Origin: Planctomycetota bacterium
GTDB taxonomy: Bacteria > Planctomycetota > J058
NCBI GenBank assembly: GCA_023954375.1
Contig: JAMLIC010000006.1
Location: forward strand, 210,972 to 272,689
DNA length: 61,718 nucleotides
Reading direction: 5' to 3'
Shown: in pieces, positions 40,183 to 49,532 of the stretch
How positions within the stretch are numbered: the stretch's first letter is position 1
Layout of the letters: each line of letters starts with the position of its first letter
Notes under the pieces: model-generated
Databases searched by the model: none
Seen by the model: only the letters and a program-made list of their open reading frames with translations
Told to the model about the DNA's origin: nothing
Position numbers and translations under genes: made by a program

Positions 40183-40659
40183 GTGCAGAAGAAGGTCACC
40201 CCCTGCCTCTGGTTCGACAGCCAGGCCGAGGAGGCGGCGCGGTTCTACGTGTCCGTGTTCCCCGACGCGCGCCTGGGGCGGATCACCCACTACACCGCGG
40301 CCGGGCCGGCGCCGGCGGGGACGGTGATGACCGTCACCTTCCGCCTCCAGGGGCAGGAGTTCATGGCCCTCAACGGCGGGCCCCACTTCAAGCACTCGCC
40401 GGCGGTGTCGTTCGTCGTGCACTGCGACACGCAGGCCGAGCTCGACGCGCTCTGGGAGGCGCTCCCCGCCGGGGGCGGCGCGCCCGGCCAGTGCGGCTGG
40501 GTCGAGGACCGCTTCGGCGTGTCGTGGCAGCTCGTCCCGTCGACGCTCGACCGCCTGATCGACGACGCCGAGCCCGAGCGGTCCCGCCGCGTCATGGAGG
40601 CGCTGCTGCAGATGCGCAAGCTCGACCTGGCCGTCCTCGAGCGGGCGTACGCGGGCTGA
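40183..40659 (+). CDS. PhnB-like VOC-family protein
   Basis: VTPCLWF...RFYVSVF...FMALNGGP motifs. GTG start with an AAGGAG RBS. Confidence 0.65.
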   Translation: MQKKVTPCLWFDSQAEEAARFYVSVFPDARLGRITHYTAAGPAPAGTVMTVTFRLQGQEFMALNGGPHFKHSPAVSFVVHCDTQAELDALWEALPAGGGAPGQCGWVEDRFGVSWQLVPSTLDRLIDDAEPERSRRVMEALLQMRKLDLAVLERAYAG

Positions 40660-40663
40660 CCCG

Positions 40664-42067
40664 CTACGCGGCCTCGCTCACGGCGTCGAGCGCGGGCTCG
40701 GCCTTCTTCCGCGGGCGGCGGGCGCGCTTCGTCTTCACGCTGGCCGTCACGGGCGGCGCGTCCTCGCCCGCGGGCGCCTCCGGCGCCGGCGCCGGCTCGA
40801 CGGGGTTCAGCGCCGAGCGCACCTGGTCGCGTCCGTTGCGCTTGGCGGCGTAGAGGTGCTGGTCGGCCGCCTCGATGAACGCGCCGGCGTCCTTCATCGC
40901 GTCCGGGTCGAGCTCGGCCACGCCGAAGCTGGCCGTGACCGCGATCTCCGCCTCCCCCGCCTTCACCGGGGCCTGGCGGATCTTCTTACGCAGCCGCTCG
41001 GCCAGGGCCGCGGCGTCCTCGAGCGTGGTGTCCGGGGCGAGGATGATCAGCTCCTCGCCCCCGTAGCGGAACGCCTGGTCGTAGCCGCGGATCGCGCCGC
41101 GCACCCGCCGCGCCACCTCGGCCAGGACGGCGTCGCCGGCGACGTGGCCGTGGACGTCGTTGACGCGCTTGAAGTGGTCGACGTCGATGATGATCATCGA
41201 CAGCGGCGTCCCGAGCCGCCGCCGCTGCGCCATGAGCTGCTGCGCCATCTCCTGGAAGTGGCGCTTCGTGTAGAGCCCCGTCAGCCCGTCGACCACGGCG
41301 CGGTCGTAGAGGGCGGGCTTGCGGATCGCGAGCGCGATGTGCTTCGCCAGCCCCTCGAGCATGCGCGCCAGCTCGAGCGGGTCCGGCGCCGGGGTGCCCG
41401 CCGGCGGCGAGGCGAGGCGCACCTCGAGCGCGCCCATGACCTCGCCCTCGGCCACGAGCAGGGCGGCCGCGCGCAGGCCGCCGCGCGCCGGCTCGACCAC
41501 CGTGCGGCGCGCGTCGAGCGCGCGCCGCGCCTCGCGCGGCTCGAGCGCCAGGTCGCCCGGCGCGCTCACGCGCGTGCGCTCGCCCACGCGGTGCGCCACG
41601 GCGACGAGCGCGTCGCGCTCCGGCCCGTCGGCGAGGAAGATCACGATCTCGCGCGCGTCGAGGAGCCCGCCGAGCACGGCGAGCGCCCGCTCGAGGATCG
41701 GCTCGAGGCTCACGTCGTCGTTGGCGATCAGGGCCAGGTCGCGGATCGCCGAGAGCTGCTCGACCTGCCGCCGCAGCTGCGTGACCGTCTCGTGCTGCTG
41801 CTGCTCGCGCCGCTGGACGCGCCCCGAGTCGATCAGCGCGAACGCCCCGCCGCCCCGGCGCAGGTGGGCGAACGCCCGGCGCACGCGCGCCGCGTCGAGG
41901 GCGAAGGCGAAGGCGGTGATCGCCGTGGCCGCCCCGAGCGAGGCGAGCGCCGCCGTGACCGTGCGCCCGGCCACGTCGGGGGTCCAGCTGGCGTAGGTCG
42001 CCAGCCCCAGGAGCGCGACCGGGGCGGAGAGGGGGGCGAGGTGCTGGAGGCGAGGCCGGCGGAGCAT
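40664..42067 (-). CDS. membrane-bound diguanylate cyclase (TM, GAF-like and GGDEF domains)
   Basis: RYGGEE active-site motif, DGLTGLYTKRHF, and N-terminal TM helices. Confidence 0.85.
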   Translation of the reverse strand: MLRRPRLQHLAPLSAPVALLGLATYASWTPDVAGRTVTAALASLGAATAITAFAFALDAARVRRAFAHLRRGGGAFALIDSGRVQRREQQQHETVTQLRRQVEQLSAIRDLALIANDDVSLEPILERALAVLGGLLDAREIVIFLADGPERDALVAVAHRVGERTRVSAPGDLALEPREARRALDARRTVVEPARGGLRAAALLVAEGEVMGALEVRLASPPAGTPAPDPLELARMLEGLAKHIALAIRKPALYDRAVVDGLTGLYTKRHFQEMAQQLMAQRRRLGTPLSMIIIDVDHFKRVNDVHGHVAGDAVLAEVARRVRGAIRGYDQAFRYGGEELIILAPDTTLEDAAALAERLRKKIRQAPVKAGEAEIAVTASFGVAELDPDAMKDAGAFIEAADQHLYAAKRNGRDQVRSALNPVEPAPAPEAPAGEDAPPVTASVKTKRARRPRKKAEPALDAVSEAA

Positions 42068-42319
42068 GGCGAGGTCCCCTGTGCCCCTCTTCGGCTGAAG
42101 CGGCGCCGGACCTTGCGCCGGTGGCAGGGTCGACCGTGCGCCCGGGTCGACCGCCCTGGCATGCCACCCCGGCGGTTATCGGCCCGGGTGGAACTTACGC
42201 CGGGCACGGGCCGTGCACCGCCCCCCGCGCGAACAGCGGGGAAGGCCAGGAGCATCGGGCGTGATGCCAGGCGCGCGCAGCGGAGTTTCGGTGCGAGTTT
42301 CGGTGCGAAAGGAGCCCAC

Positions 42320-43154
42320 CTTGGGAGTCTTCGGAGTCGGCGCGGCGAGGATCGGCGTCGTGTGCCTCGCCGTCGCGGCGTTCGGCACGAGCGGCTGCTC
42401 GAGCCTGCGCCACAAGAGCAACGACGAGCTGTGGGCCGAGGGCGACGGCCACTTCAACCAGGGCCGCTACGGCGACGCCACCCCCTACTACGACGAGCTG
42501 ATCCGCCGCGACGAGGGCGGCACCCGCGCGCACCTCATGCGCGGCGTGGCCCGCGAGCGCACGGGCGACCACGGCGCCGCCCTCGAGGACTACGGCGCGG
42601 CCGGCAGCCGCGGCGAGGTCCGCGCGCTGTTCTACCGCGCCGACCTGAACCTGCGCCGCGGCGACCTCGCCTCGGCCGAGGTGGACCTGGGCGCCCTGCG
42701 CGACATGGGCCTCGGCGGGCGCGACACGGTCGTGCACCTGACGCTCCTGGGCACGCTGCGCCTCAAGCAGAAGCAGTACATGTTCGCCGCGCAGAACCTG
42801 GAGCGCGCCTGCGAGGCGTCGGCCTCCTACCGCGACCCCGGGATGATGCGGCACATCCGTGACGCGCACTACAACGCCGCGCAGGCCTACTACCACCTGG
42901 GCGACTTCGGCCGCGCCTACGACCACATGGTGCAGTTCGCCGGTGGCAGCCCGGGCGACGGGACGCGCACGTCGGAGTACCTCGACGGCCAGGACAGCTA
43001 CATGCTCGGCCTCCTCGCCTACCTCGCCGGCGACTTCGCGGCCGCCGACCACCACCTCGCCAACGCGGATCCGGACCTCGTGGCCCGGGCCGCCGACGTC
43101 CTCGACGACCCGTCTTTCGGCGCCGGCGCGCGCCGGGGAGGCAACCCCAAGTGA
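42320..43154 (+). CDS. TPR-repeat lipoprotein (first gene of the envelope-machine cluster)
   Basis: TTG start after an AAGGAG RBS. Lipobox FGTSGC. TPR-like helices. Confidence 0.5.
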
Positions 43155-44305
43155 AGCGGACCGCACTCACCACCGGCGGCGCGCTGGCGCTGCTCCTCTC
43201 CGCGCCCGGCGCCGCCTGGGCGCAGAGCCCGCCCCCCTTCGCCGACCGCGCCCCGGACCCGCGCGGCCAGCAGCAGCAGCGCGGTACGACCGCCGAGCTG
43301 GCGCCGCTGCCCAACTGGTCGATCAAGCAGGAGGTCCAGCGGCTCGACACGTCGATGCGCGAGTACAACTCGCTCATCAACTCGCTCTCGAGCGCCAGCG
43401 CCGAGCTCAAGGAGGAGCTGCAGCGCTACTCGCAGGACCCGCACAACGAGGTCCTGGCCTCCTCGCTCGACAACAAGATGGCCCACTACGCCAAGCGCGT
43501 CATGGCCGACTTCAACGGGATCATCGCCGACCAGGACGTGCTCTCGGCGAACTTCAACGACCTGCAGCGCAAGCTCGTCGTCTTCTCGCGGCACCTGGCC
43601 TCGCAGGCCGACGGCTTCCGCGGCAACCTCGACGGCTACCGCACCACGGCGCGCGACGTGGAGAAGCGGCTGACCGAGCTGGCCGTGCGGATCAAGGAGA
43701 ACCCCCCGGAGGACCCGAACGAGCTGCGGACCCTCAAGCGCGAGTTCTCGAACCAGTTCCGCCGCTACCAGCTCCAGATGCGCTACGTCAACGGCTACAG
43801 CCGCCGCTACCAGAGCTACCAGAACCTGCAGCGCAACGTCGAGCGCCTGGCGACCCTGTTCGTGACCCTGCACGAGAAGTTCAACGAGCTGATCGACAAC
43901 CTGCAGAACGAGCGGCAGTTCCTCCAGGACTCGGTGCGCCTGCAGGCCGACACGCTCAGGATCAAGCAGATGATGCGCGAGGGGATCGTCGGCTCGGAGC
44001 AGGCGATCGGCAACGTCGCCGACAAGCTGGCGACCCTCTACGAGAAGGTCGACGCGTTCGCGCAGGTGCAGGACCGGATCAGCACCGACCTCAACCGCTT
44101 CGTCGAGTCGCAGGGCGTGCTGACCGACATCATGGGCCGGATCGACAAGATCGGCCAGAGCGGCGGCCCGATCGGCGACATCGGCGCCGACATGGACAAG
44201 GCGATCGACGCCTTCTACGGGCGTCGCAGTGGCCTCGACCAGGGGCTGCTCGGCGACCAGGCGCAGGACGACATGATGGACTTCGGCCTGGGGGAGGACG
44301 AGTGA
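43151..44305 (+). CDS. secreted coiled-coil protein (Gln/Arg-rich)
   Basis: Signal peptide ALALLLSAPGAAWAQ. Long heptad-like helices. GTGA overlap with the upstream gene. Confidence 0.5.
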   Translation: MKRTALTTGGALALLLSAPGAAWAQSPPPFADRAPDPRGQQQQRGTTAELAPLPNWSIKQEVQRLDTSMREYNSLINSLSSASAELKEELQRYSQDPHNEVLASSLDNKMAHYAKRVMADFNGIIADQDVLSANFNDLQRKLVVFSRHLASQADGFRGNLDGYRTTARDVEKRLTELAVRIKENPPEDPNELRTLKREFSNQFRRYQLQMRYVNGYSRRYQSYQNLQRNVERLATLFVTLHEKFNELIDNLQNERQFLQDSVRLQADTLRIKQMMREGIVGSEQAIGNVADKLATLYEKVDAFAQVQDRISTDLNRFVESQGVLTDIMGRIDKIGQSGGPIGDIGADMDKAIDAFYGRRSGLDQGLLGDQAQDDMMDFGLGEDE

Positions 44306-45204
44306 TGAGCGACCACACCCTTCGTGCTCCCACCCTGACCCTGACCGCGCTCCTCCTCCTGGGCCCGGCCGCCCTGGCCCAGGAGCCGCTGCGGCCCAGC
44401 GACCCCCTGGCCGGCCCGCCCATCCGCGACATCGGCGGCTGGCTGGGCGAGGACGCGCCGCTGCCCGGCGCCCGGCCGGCGGCGCCCGCGCCGGCCGCGC
44501 CGCCGGCGCCCGCGGGCGGGGGCGCGGTCGGGGCCGAGGACCCGCTCGCCGCGCCCCCGGCCCCGGCGCCCGAGGACCCGGAGAAGGCCCGGCAGGAGGC
44601 CCGGCGCCGCGACCGGCAGATCAGCCGCAACTACCAGCAGGCGATCGAGATCTACGAGGACATGGACGCGCCCGACCACCAGATCGCGGCGCTCGACCGG
44701 CGGATCGCCAACAACGAGCGCCTGGTCGCCGACTACCGCCGCCGACTCGGCGAGGGCCAGCAGCAGCGGCGCAACATGCAGGTCGACCTGTTCAACCGCA
44801 CCTTCTTCCTCCGCCAGCAGCGCGAGCGCGGGCAGATCACCCAGGAGGTGTTCGACAAGCTCATCCGCCAGGAGGAGCGCAAGTACGAGGAGGACTCTGC
44901 CGGCCTGAAGGCGAACCTCGAGGCCTGGCACCGCGAGCTCAAGCAGGCCGAGGCGCGCCTCGAGTCGATGAAGGCGGAGCGGCGCATGCTCGAGGCGTCG
45001 CGGCCGCGGACGGCCGTGCGGCGCGGCCAGCAGCAGGGCGGCGCGCCCGTGCCGGCGCCCAAGCCGGGCGAGCGGCTGATCGGCACGCTCGAGGAGCGCC
45101 TGCGCCAGCTCGAGCGCTTCAACACGCGCAGCACCATGGAGGGGGTCCACCCCCGCGACATCGGCGTGGGCTCCGTCGAATCGGTCCAGCTGAAGAACGA
45201 CTAA
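44305..45204 (+). CDS. secreted protein with a Pro/Ala-rich linker and a coiled-coil C-terminus
   Basis: Signal peptide LTLTALLLLGPAALAQE. Overlaps the previous stop by 1 nt. Confidence 0.5.
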   Translation: MSDHTLRAPTLTLTALLLLGPAALAQEPLRPSDPLAGPPIRDIGGWLGEDAPLPGARPAAPAPAAPPAPAGGGAVGAEDPLAAPPAPAPEDPEKARQEARRRDRQISRNYQQAIEIYEDMDAPDHQIAALDRRIANNERLVADYRRRLGEGQQQRRNMQVDLFNRTFFLRQQRERGQITQEVFDKLIRQEERKYEEDSAGLKANLEAWHRELKQAEARLESMKAERRMLEASRPRTAVRRGQQQGGAPVPAPKPGERLIGTLEERLRQLERFNTRSTMEGVHPRDIGVGSVESVQLKND

Positions 45205-45434
45205 CGACCGTGGGCGGGAGCGCCGTCCGGGCCTGCCTGCCGTCCTGCTCCCGGACGTGCGGGCGGGCGACTCCACCCTGGACGGGCTCGCGCGCGCGGT
45301 GAAGGGGGGGCACCGAGGTGGCGCGGCGCCGGAGACGTCCGGCGCCGCGCCCGCCCGGGCGGGCGCGGCCCGCCGGGAGACCAAGACCACGGCCCGGCGG
45401 GCAGAGACGCCGGCCCGCGACGAGGTGAAGCGCC

Positions 45435-46019
45435 TTGATCTACCGGTTCCTCCAGGAAGGCGGCGTCTGGATGATCCCGATCCTCGGGGTCTCGGTGGTC
45501 GCCACGACGTTCGTCCTCGAGCGCGCCTGGTTCTGGTTCGTGCTCTGGCTGCGGCGCGACCTGCGCCTGCGCCGGCGGCTGCTGCGCGGCGAGGTCCCGT
45601 CCCCCGGGACGCGCACCGGCGACCCGCACGCGCTGGTGCTCCTCGACCTCGCCGTCCACCCCGCCGACCCCGACCTCGCCGTCGACCGCGCGCGCATGCT
45701 CGTGCGCGACAGCCGCAACCACCTCAAGGTCCTGGCGATCTGCTCCGGCCTCGGCTCGGCGCTGGGCCTCTTCGGCACGGTCGTCGGCATGAGCGACTCG
45801 TTCCGCGGCGTCGGCCTCTCGAACCCGGGCGCGATCGTCACCGGCCTGCAGACGGCGCTGAACACCACGGTGCTCGGCCTGATCGTCTACCTGACGGCCT
45901 ACGTGGCCCACGCGCTCTTCGCGCAGATGAGCACGAACCTCAGCCAGGACCTGGAGGAGGACCTCAACGAGGCGCGGCGCGCGATCGACGCGCGGCGCCG
46001 GGGGAGGGTGGCGGCGTGA
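45435..46019 (+). CDS. MotA/TolQ/ExbB-family proton channel
   Basis: Three TM helices with the TolQ-like segment GLGSALGLFGTVVGM. Confidence 0.75.
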   Translation: MIYRFLQEGGVWMIPILGVSVVATTFVLERAWFWFVLWLRRDLRLRRRLLRGEVPSPGTRTGDPHALVLLDLAVHPADPDLAVDRARMLVRDSRNHLKVLAICSGLGSALGLFGTVVGMSDSFRGVGLSNPGAIVTGLQTALNTTVLGLIVYLTAYVAHALFAQMSTNLSQDLEEDLNEARRAIDARRRGRVAA

Positions 46020-46459
46020 CCGACCCTCGCGACTCCCGCGCGATCCGCCTCGAGCCGGCGACCGACGAGGAGCCGGCGATGCTCATGACCTCCATGATCG
46101 ACGTGATCTTCATCGTGCTCGCGTTCTTCGTGTGCGTGAGCGAGGTGAAGAAGGGGCAGCTCGCGGTGGACGTGCCCGAGGTGCCGAGCGCCGACGCGTC
46201 CCCGGCCCCGAGCAGCCAGGAGCCGATCGTCGTCGAGGTGACGGGGGACGACCGCGTGTTCGTGTGCGGCGAGTCGGCGCGGACCGACGACGAGCTCACG
46301 CGCCTGATCGCCTACCAGGTCGAGCGGCTGGGCAAGGACGCGGCGGTGCACCTGTCGGGCGACCGGCAGGCCAAGAACGGGACCATGATGCGCGTGGTCA
46401 GCCACCTGTCGCGGGCCGGGCTCAAGCGCATCGAGTTCGCCGTGCAGGCGGGAGGCTAG
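46016..46459 (+). CDS. ExbD/TolR-family protein
   Basis: MIDVIFIVLAFFV TM helix plus a periplasmic domain. GTG at 46016 overlaps the MotA stop; the alternative ATG is at 46078. Confidence 0.7.
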   Translation: MTDPRDSRAIRLEPATDEEPAMLMTSMIDVIFIVLAFFVCVSEVKKGQLAVDVPEVPSADASPAPSSQEPIVVEVTGDDRVFVCGESARTDDELTRLIAYQVERLGKDAAVHLSGDRQAKNGTMMRVVSHLSRAGLKRIEFAVQAGG

Positions 46460-46461
46460 CG

Positions 46462-46628
46462 TGGTGCGCGACCGTTCGCCGGTGGAGACCGTCCTCACCT
46501 ACGCCACGTTCATGGCGCTGTCGCTGGCGCTGCACATCGTGGTGATCCTCGGCAACCGCCCGCTCGACCGGGCGCAGGCCGACCAGAGCCGGGCCGGGCA
46601 GGCCCAGGAGGCGGAGCTCGCCAAGTGA
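46462..46628 (+). CDS. 55-aa single-TM mini-protein between ExbD and the TonB-like gene
   Basis: GTG start. TM helix TVLTYATFMALSLALHIVVILG. The next gene overlaps its stop as GTGA. Confidence 0.25.
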
Positions 46629-47965
46629 GCGTGACCCGCGACAACGACCCCGTCGCGTACACGCTGCGGCTCGCCGTCTGCGTGACCGCCGCGATCGCCG
46701 TGCACCTGCTGGCGGTCTTCTCCTCCAGCCAGGAGGAGGAGGCCAAGGCGGAGCAGCAGCGGATCGCCGTCGTCCTCAAGGAGACGATGACCAAGGTCAA
46801 GGAGGAGATGGAGAAGCTCCTCCAGGAGGCGCAGGCCGAGCCGCCGCCGCCCGAGCCGGAGCCCGAGCCGGAGGAGCCCGAGCCGGAGGAGCCCGAGCCG
46901 CAGCAGGCCGAGCCGCCGCCGCCCGAGCCGCCCCCGCCGGCGCCGACCGCCCCCGAGCCCATGCCCGAGGCGCCGCAGGACCTCGCGCTGGCCGACGCGG
47001 ACGTGAGCGTGCTCGAGCTCGAGCCGCCGCCGCGCCCGCGTCGGCCCGAGCCGCTGCCGCAGGTCGAGCCCGTGCTCGAGCCGCCGAAGCCGGAGCCGCC
47101 GAAGCCGGAGCCGCCGAAGCCGGAGCCGCCGAAGCCGGAGCCGCCGAAGCCGGAGCCGCCGAAGCCGGAGCCGGTCCGTCCCGAGCCGAGGCCGGAGCCG
47201 GTCCGGCAGCCGCCGCCGCCCGAGCCGGTCCGTCCCGAGCCGAGGCCCGAGCCGGTCCGTCAGCCGCCGCCGCCCGAGCCGGTCCGTCCCGAGCCGAGGC
47301 CCGAGCCGGTCCGTCAGCCGCCGCCGCCGCCCGAGCCGGTCCGTACGCCGGCGCCGCCGGTGCCGCCCGAGATCGGCTCGGAGACGGTCGCCCAGCGCGA
47401 CGCGCGCCTGCACCAGACCATGCGCGAGCTGAGCGACTTCAACGAGTTCGCCACGACGTCGCGCGACGAGGTCAAGGGCAAGATCCCGGCGATCCTCTTC
47501 ACCAACGAGGACGAGGCCGAGTGGATGGCGCTGATCGCCTACTTCGACCTCCTGCCGATCGCCTACGCCAAGAGCGACCCGAGCTACTACGTCACGATCG
47601 ACGTCGCCCGCCGGCAGATGAACCACACCCGCGACTTCGAGTTCCTGCAGCAGCGCTACGGGCGCAACGGCATGCTCGTGCGCCAGCTCGGCACCATGCC
47701 GCAGTTCGTGGCCGCCGCGCGCGCGATCATGGCGCAGTTCTCGATCGCCCCCCACGACCTCACGATCCAGTTCCTCCTGCCGCGCCCGTTCGCGGCCTAC
47801 CTGAACTGGAAGGCGCTCAAGACCTGCCACGAGCTGCGCCTCGACCCGGCGACGGTGAAGGCGTGTCGCGGGCGCCTCGTCCGCGAGGGGACGAAGTGGG
47901 TGTGGCGGGTCGACGACCTGCTGCTCGAGGACGGGCGGACAACCCGCGTGGGGAGGGGCGGATGA
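46625..47965 (+). CDS. TolA/TonB-like membrane protein: N-terminal TM, long Pro-rich periplasmic spacer, and a C-terminal ~200-aa domain unrelated to TonB_C
   Basis: TM helix LAVCVTAAIAVHLLAVF. (PPKPE)x6 and (PVRPEPRPEPVRQPPPPE)x3 repeats. C-terminal domain of unknown family. Confidence 0.6.
   Translation: MSVTRDNDPVAYTLRLAVCVTAAIAVHLLAVFSSSQEEEAKAEQQRIAVVLKETMTKVKEEMEKLLQEAQAEPPPPEPEPEPEEPEPEEPEPQQAEPPPPEPPPPAPTAPEPMPEAPQDLALADADVSVLELEPPPRPRRPEPLPQVEPVLEPPKPEPPKPEPPKPEPPKPEPPKPEPPKPEPVRPEPRPEPVRQPPPPEPVRPEPRPEPVRQPPPPEPVRPEPRPEPVRQPPPPPEPVRTPAPPVPPEIGSETVAQRDARLHQTMRELSDFNEFATTSRDEVKGKIPAILFTNEDEAEWMALIAYFDLLPIAYAKSDPSYYVTIDVARRQMNHTRDFEFLQQRYGRNGMLVRQLGTMPQFVAAARAIMAQFSIAPHDLTIQFLLPRPFAAYLNWKALKTCHELRLDPATVKACRGRLVREGTKWVWRVDDLLLEDGRTTRVGRGG
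47081..47340 (+). repeat. coding tandem repeats: six 15-bp PPKPE units then three ~54-bp units
   Basis: Direct perfect nucleotide repeats (ccgccgaagccggag x6). Confidence 0.85.
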
Positions 47966-48092
47966 CCGTGGAGCGCCGGGAGCGACCCTTGCCCAGCCCG
48001 CAGGGCTCAAGTACCTTCCCCTGCACGCGTTGGGCTCACGCGTGCGTTCGGGGCGCGTTCGGGCGCGCCCGCCACCCTGGCCTGGAGGGCGA

Positions 48093-48888
48093 GATGACCT
48101 CGCGTCGCAGGACGCCTCGGTGCCTCGTGGTCGGCGCGCTCGCCGCGCTGGCCCTGCCCGCCGCGGCCGCCCCGGCCCTCGCGCAGGGCGAGGCGCCGCG
48201 CGGGACCGACGGCCACCTGGCCAAGGGCGACTACTTCTTCAAGGCGGGCTACTACCTCAAGGCGAGCGAGCACTACCGCCTGGCGCTCCTCGAGGACCCG
48301 GCCAGCCCCGGCAAGAAGCTCGCCTTCGGCCACGCGCTGTTCGCGATCGGCAACTACAGCTACGCGAGCTACGCGCTGCGCCGCGGCGTCGCGCAGCTCG
48401 ACGCGAGCGAGCCGCTCCGCCCGCAGCTCAAGGGACTCTTCCCCAGCGAGCGGGCGTTCACCCAGGCCCTGCGTGACCTGAAGCGCTACGTCACCTACAG
48501 CCCGCGCGACCCGGCGGGGCTCACCGTCCTCGGCTACGTGCTGTTCACGATCGAGGGCGAGGAGCGGCGCTGCCAGGACATGTTCAAGTACCTGAAGCGC
48601 CTCGACCCCAACGACCCCTTCGCCGACTACTTCCTGGCGCAGATCCGCCGCAAGGGGATCCCCGACGGCGACGACCCTGGCCCGCAGGCTGCATTGCCCG
48701 ACGTCGGCTCGGTCGACGAGCCGGACCCGGAGCCGGCGCCGCGGCCCGTCGCCGCGCCGCCGCCTCCGCCGCCCCCTCCGCCCCCGCCCCCGACGCCCGC
48801 CCTGCGCGAGGTGCTCGGCGAGCCCGAGCGCGCGCGCGAGCGCGCGGAGGGCGAGTGGCCCATGCCCGTGCCGGCCCCGAGCCGCTGA
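48093..48888 (+). CDS. secreted TPR-like protein with a C-terminal poly-Pro tail
   Basis: Signal peptide ALAALALPAAAAPALAQ. TPR-like helices. PPPPPPPPPPPP near the C-terminus. Confidence 0.5.
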
Positions 48889-48905
48889 GGAGAGAGACGC
48901 CCGCC

Positions 48906-49502
48906 ATGTGGATCGTGCGAAACACGCTGCGCGCCACGCTGAGCCTCCGCGGCCTCGGGGTGGCGATCCCGTCGGGTCAGGAGTTCGACCTCGACGGGCT
49001 CGGCCGCGACCGCGCCGAGGCGAGCAACCAGGTGCAGGTCGCCTTCGAGGAGGGCTACCTGGAGAACGTCTACAAGGCGCCCCGCGAGGGCGGCATCACC
49101 CACACGAGCGTGGGGGTCGCCATGCCCATGGGGCGCGGCGTGTCGGGCGAGGAGCTCGACGCGTTCAAGCGCAGCTTCATGAGCGAGCTGCGCGAGCAGC
49201 TCCCGCAGCTGGCCAACGTGGCCAACGCCTCGCACATCGAGCAGATGCGCCAGGCGATCTCGCAGGACGTCCAGGCCCTCGTGGGCGAGTTCAAGCTCAT
49301 GCGCGACCGCTTCGAGTTTGCCAAGGGCCGCGTCCGGGAGGACCCGACCCTCTCCGACGCCGAGGTCAAGGCCCGGCTGGCGTTCCTCGAGGAGCAGGAG
49401 CGCGAGTTGCTGCGCAACTTCGAGACGGTCGGGCGACGGATCGAGCAGGAGCAGGAGGACGGCGACGTCATGGGCAAGGCCGACCTGCTCTCGAACCTCT
49501 AA
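48906..49502 (+). CDS. hypothetical cytoplasmic protein (198 aa)
   Basis: ATG at 48906. Charged helical composition. Confidence 0.4.
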   Translation: MWIVRNTLRATLSLRGLGVAIPSGQEFDLDGLGRDRAEASNQVQVAFEEGYLENVYKAPREGGITHTSVGVAMPMGRGVSGEELDAFKRSFMSELREQLPQLANVANASHIEQMRQAISQDVQALVGEFKLMRDRFEFAKGRVREDPTLSDAEVKARLAFLEEQERELLRNFETVGRRIEQEQEDGDVMGKADLLSNL

Positions 49503-49532
49503 CCCCGCGGGGACGAACGGAGTCACCCAGAC

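Noticed and set aside
42150-42200. Possible sigma-54 promoter (ctggcatgccacc) upstream of the cluster
   Set aside because: It has the TGGCA element but no correctly spaced TTGC(A/T) -12 element.
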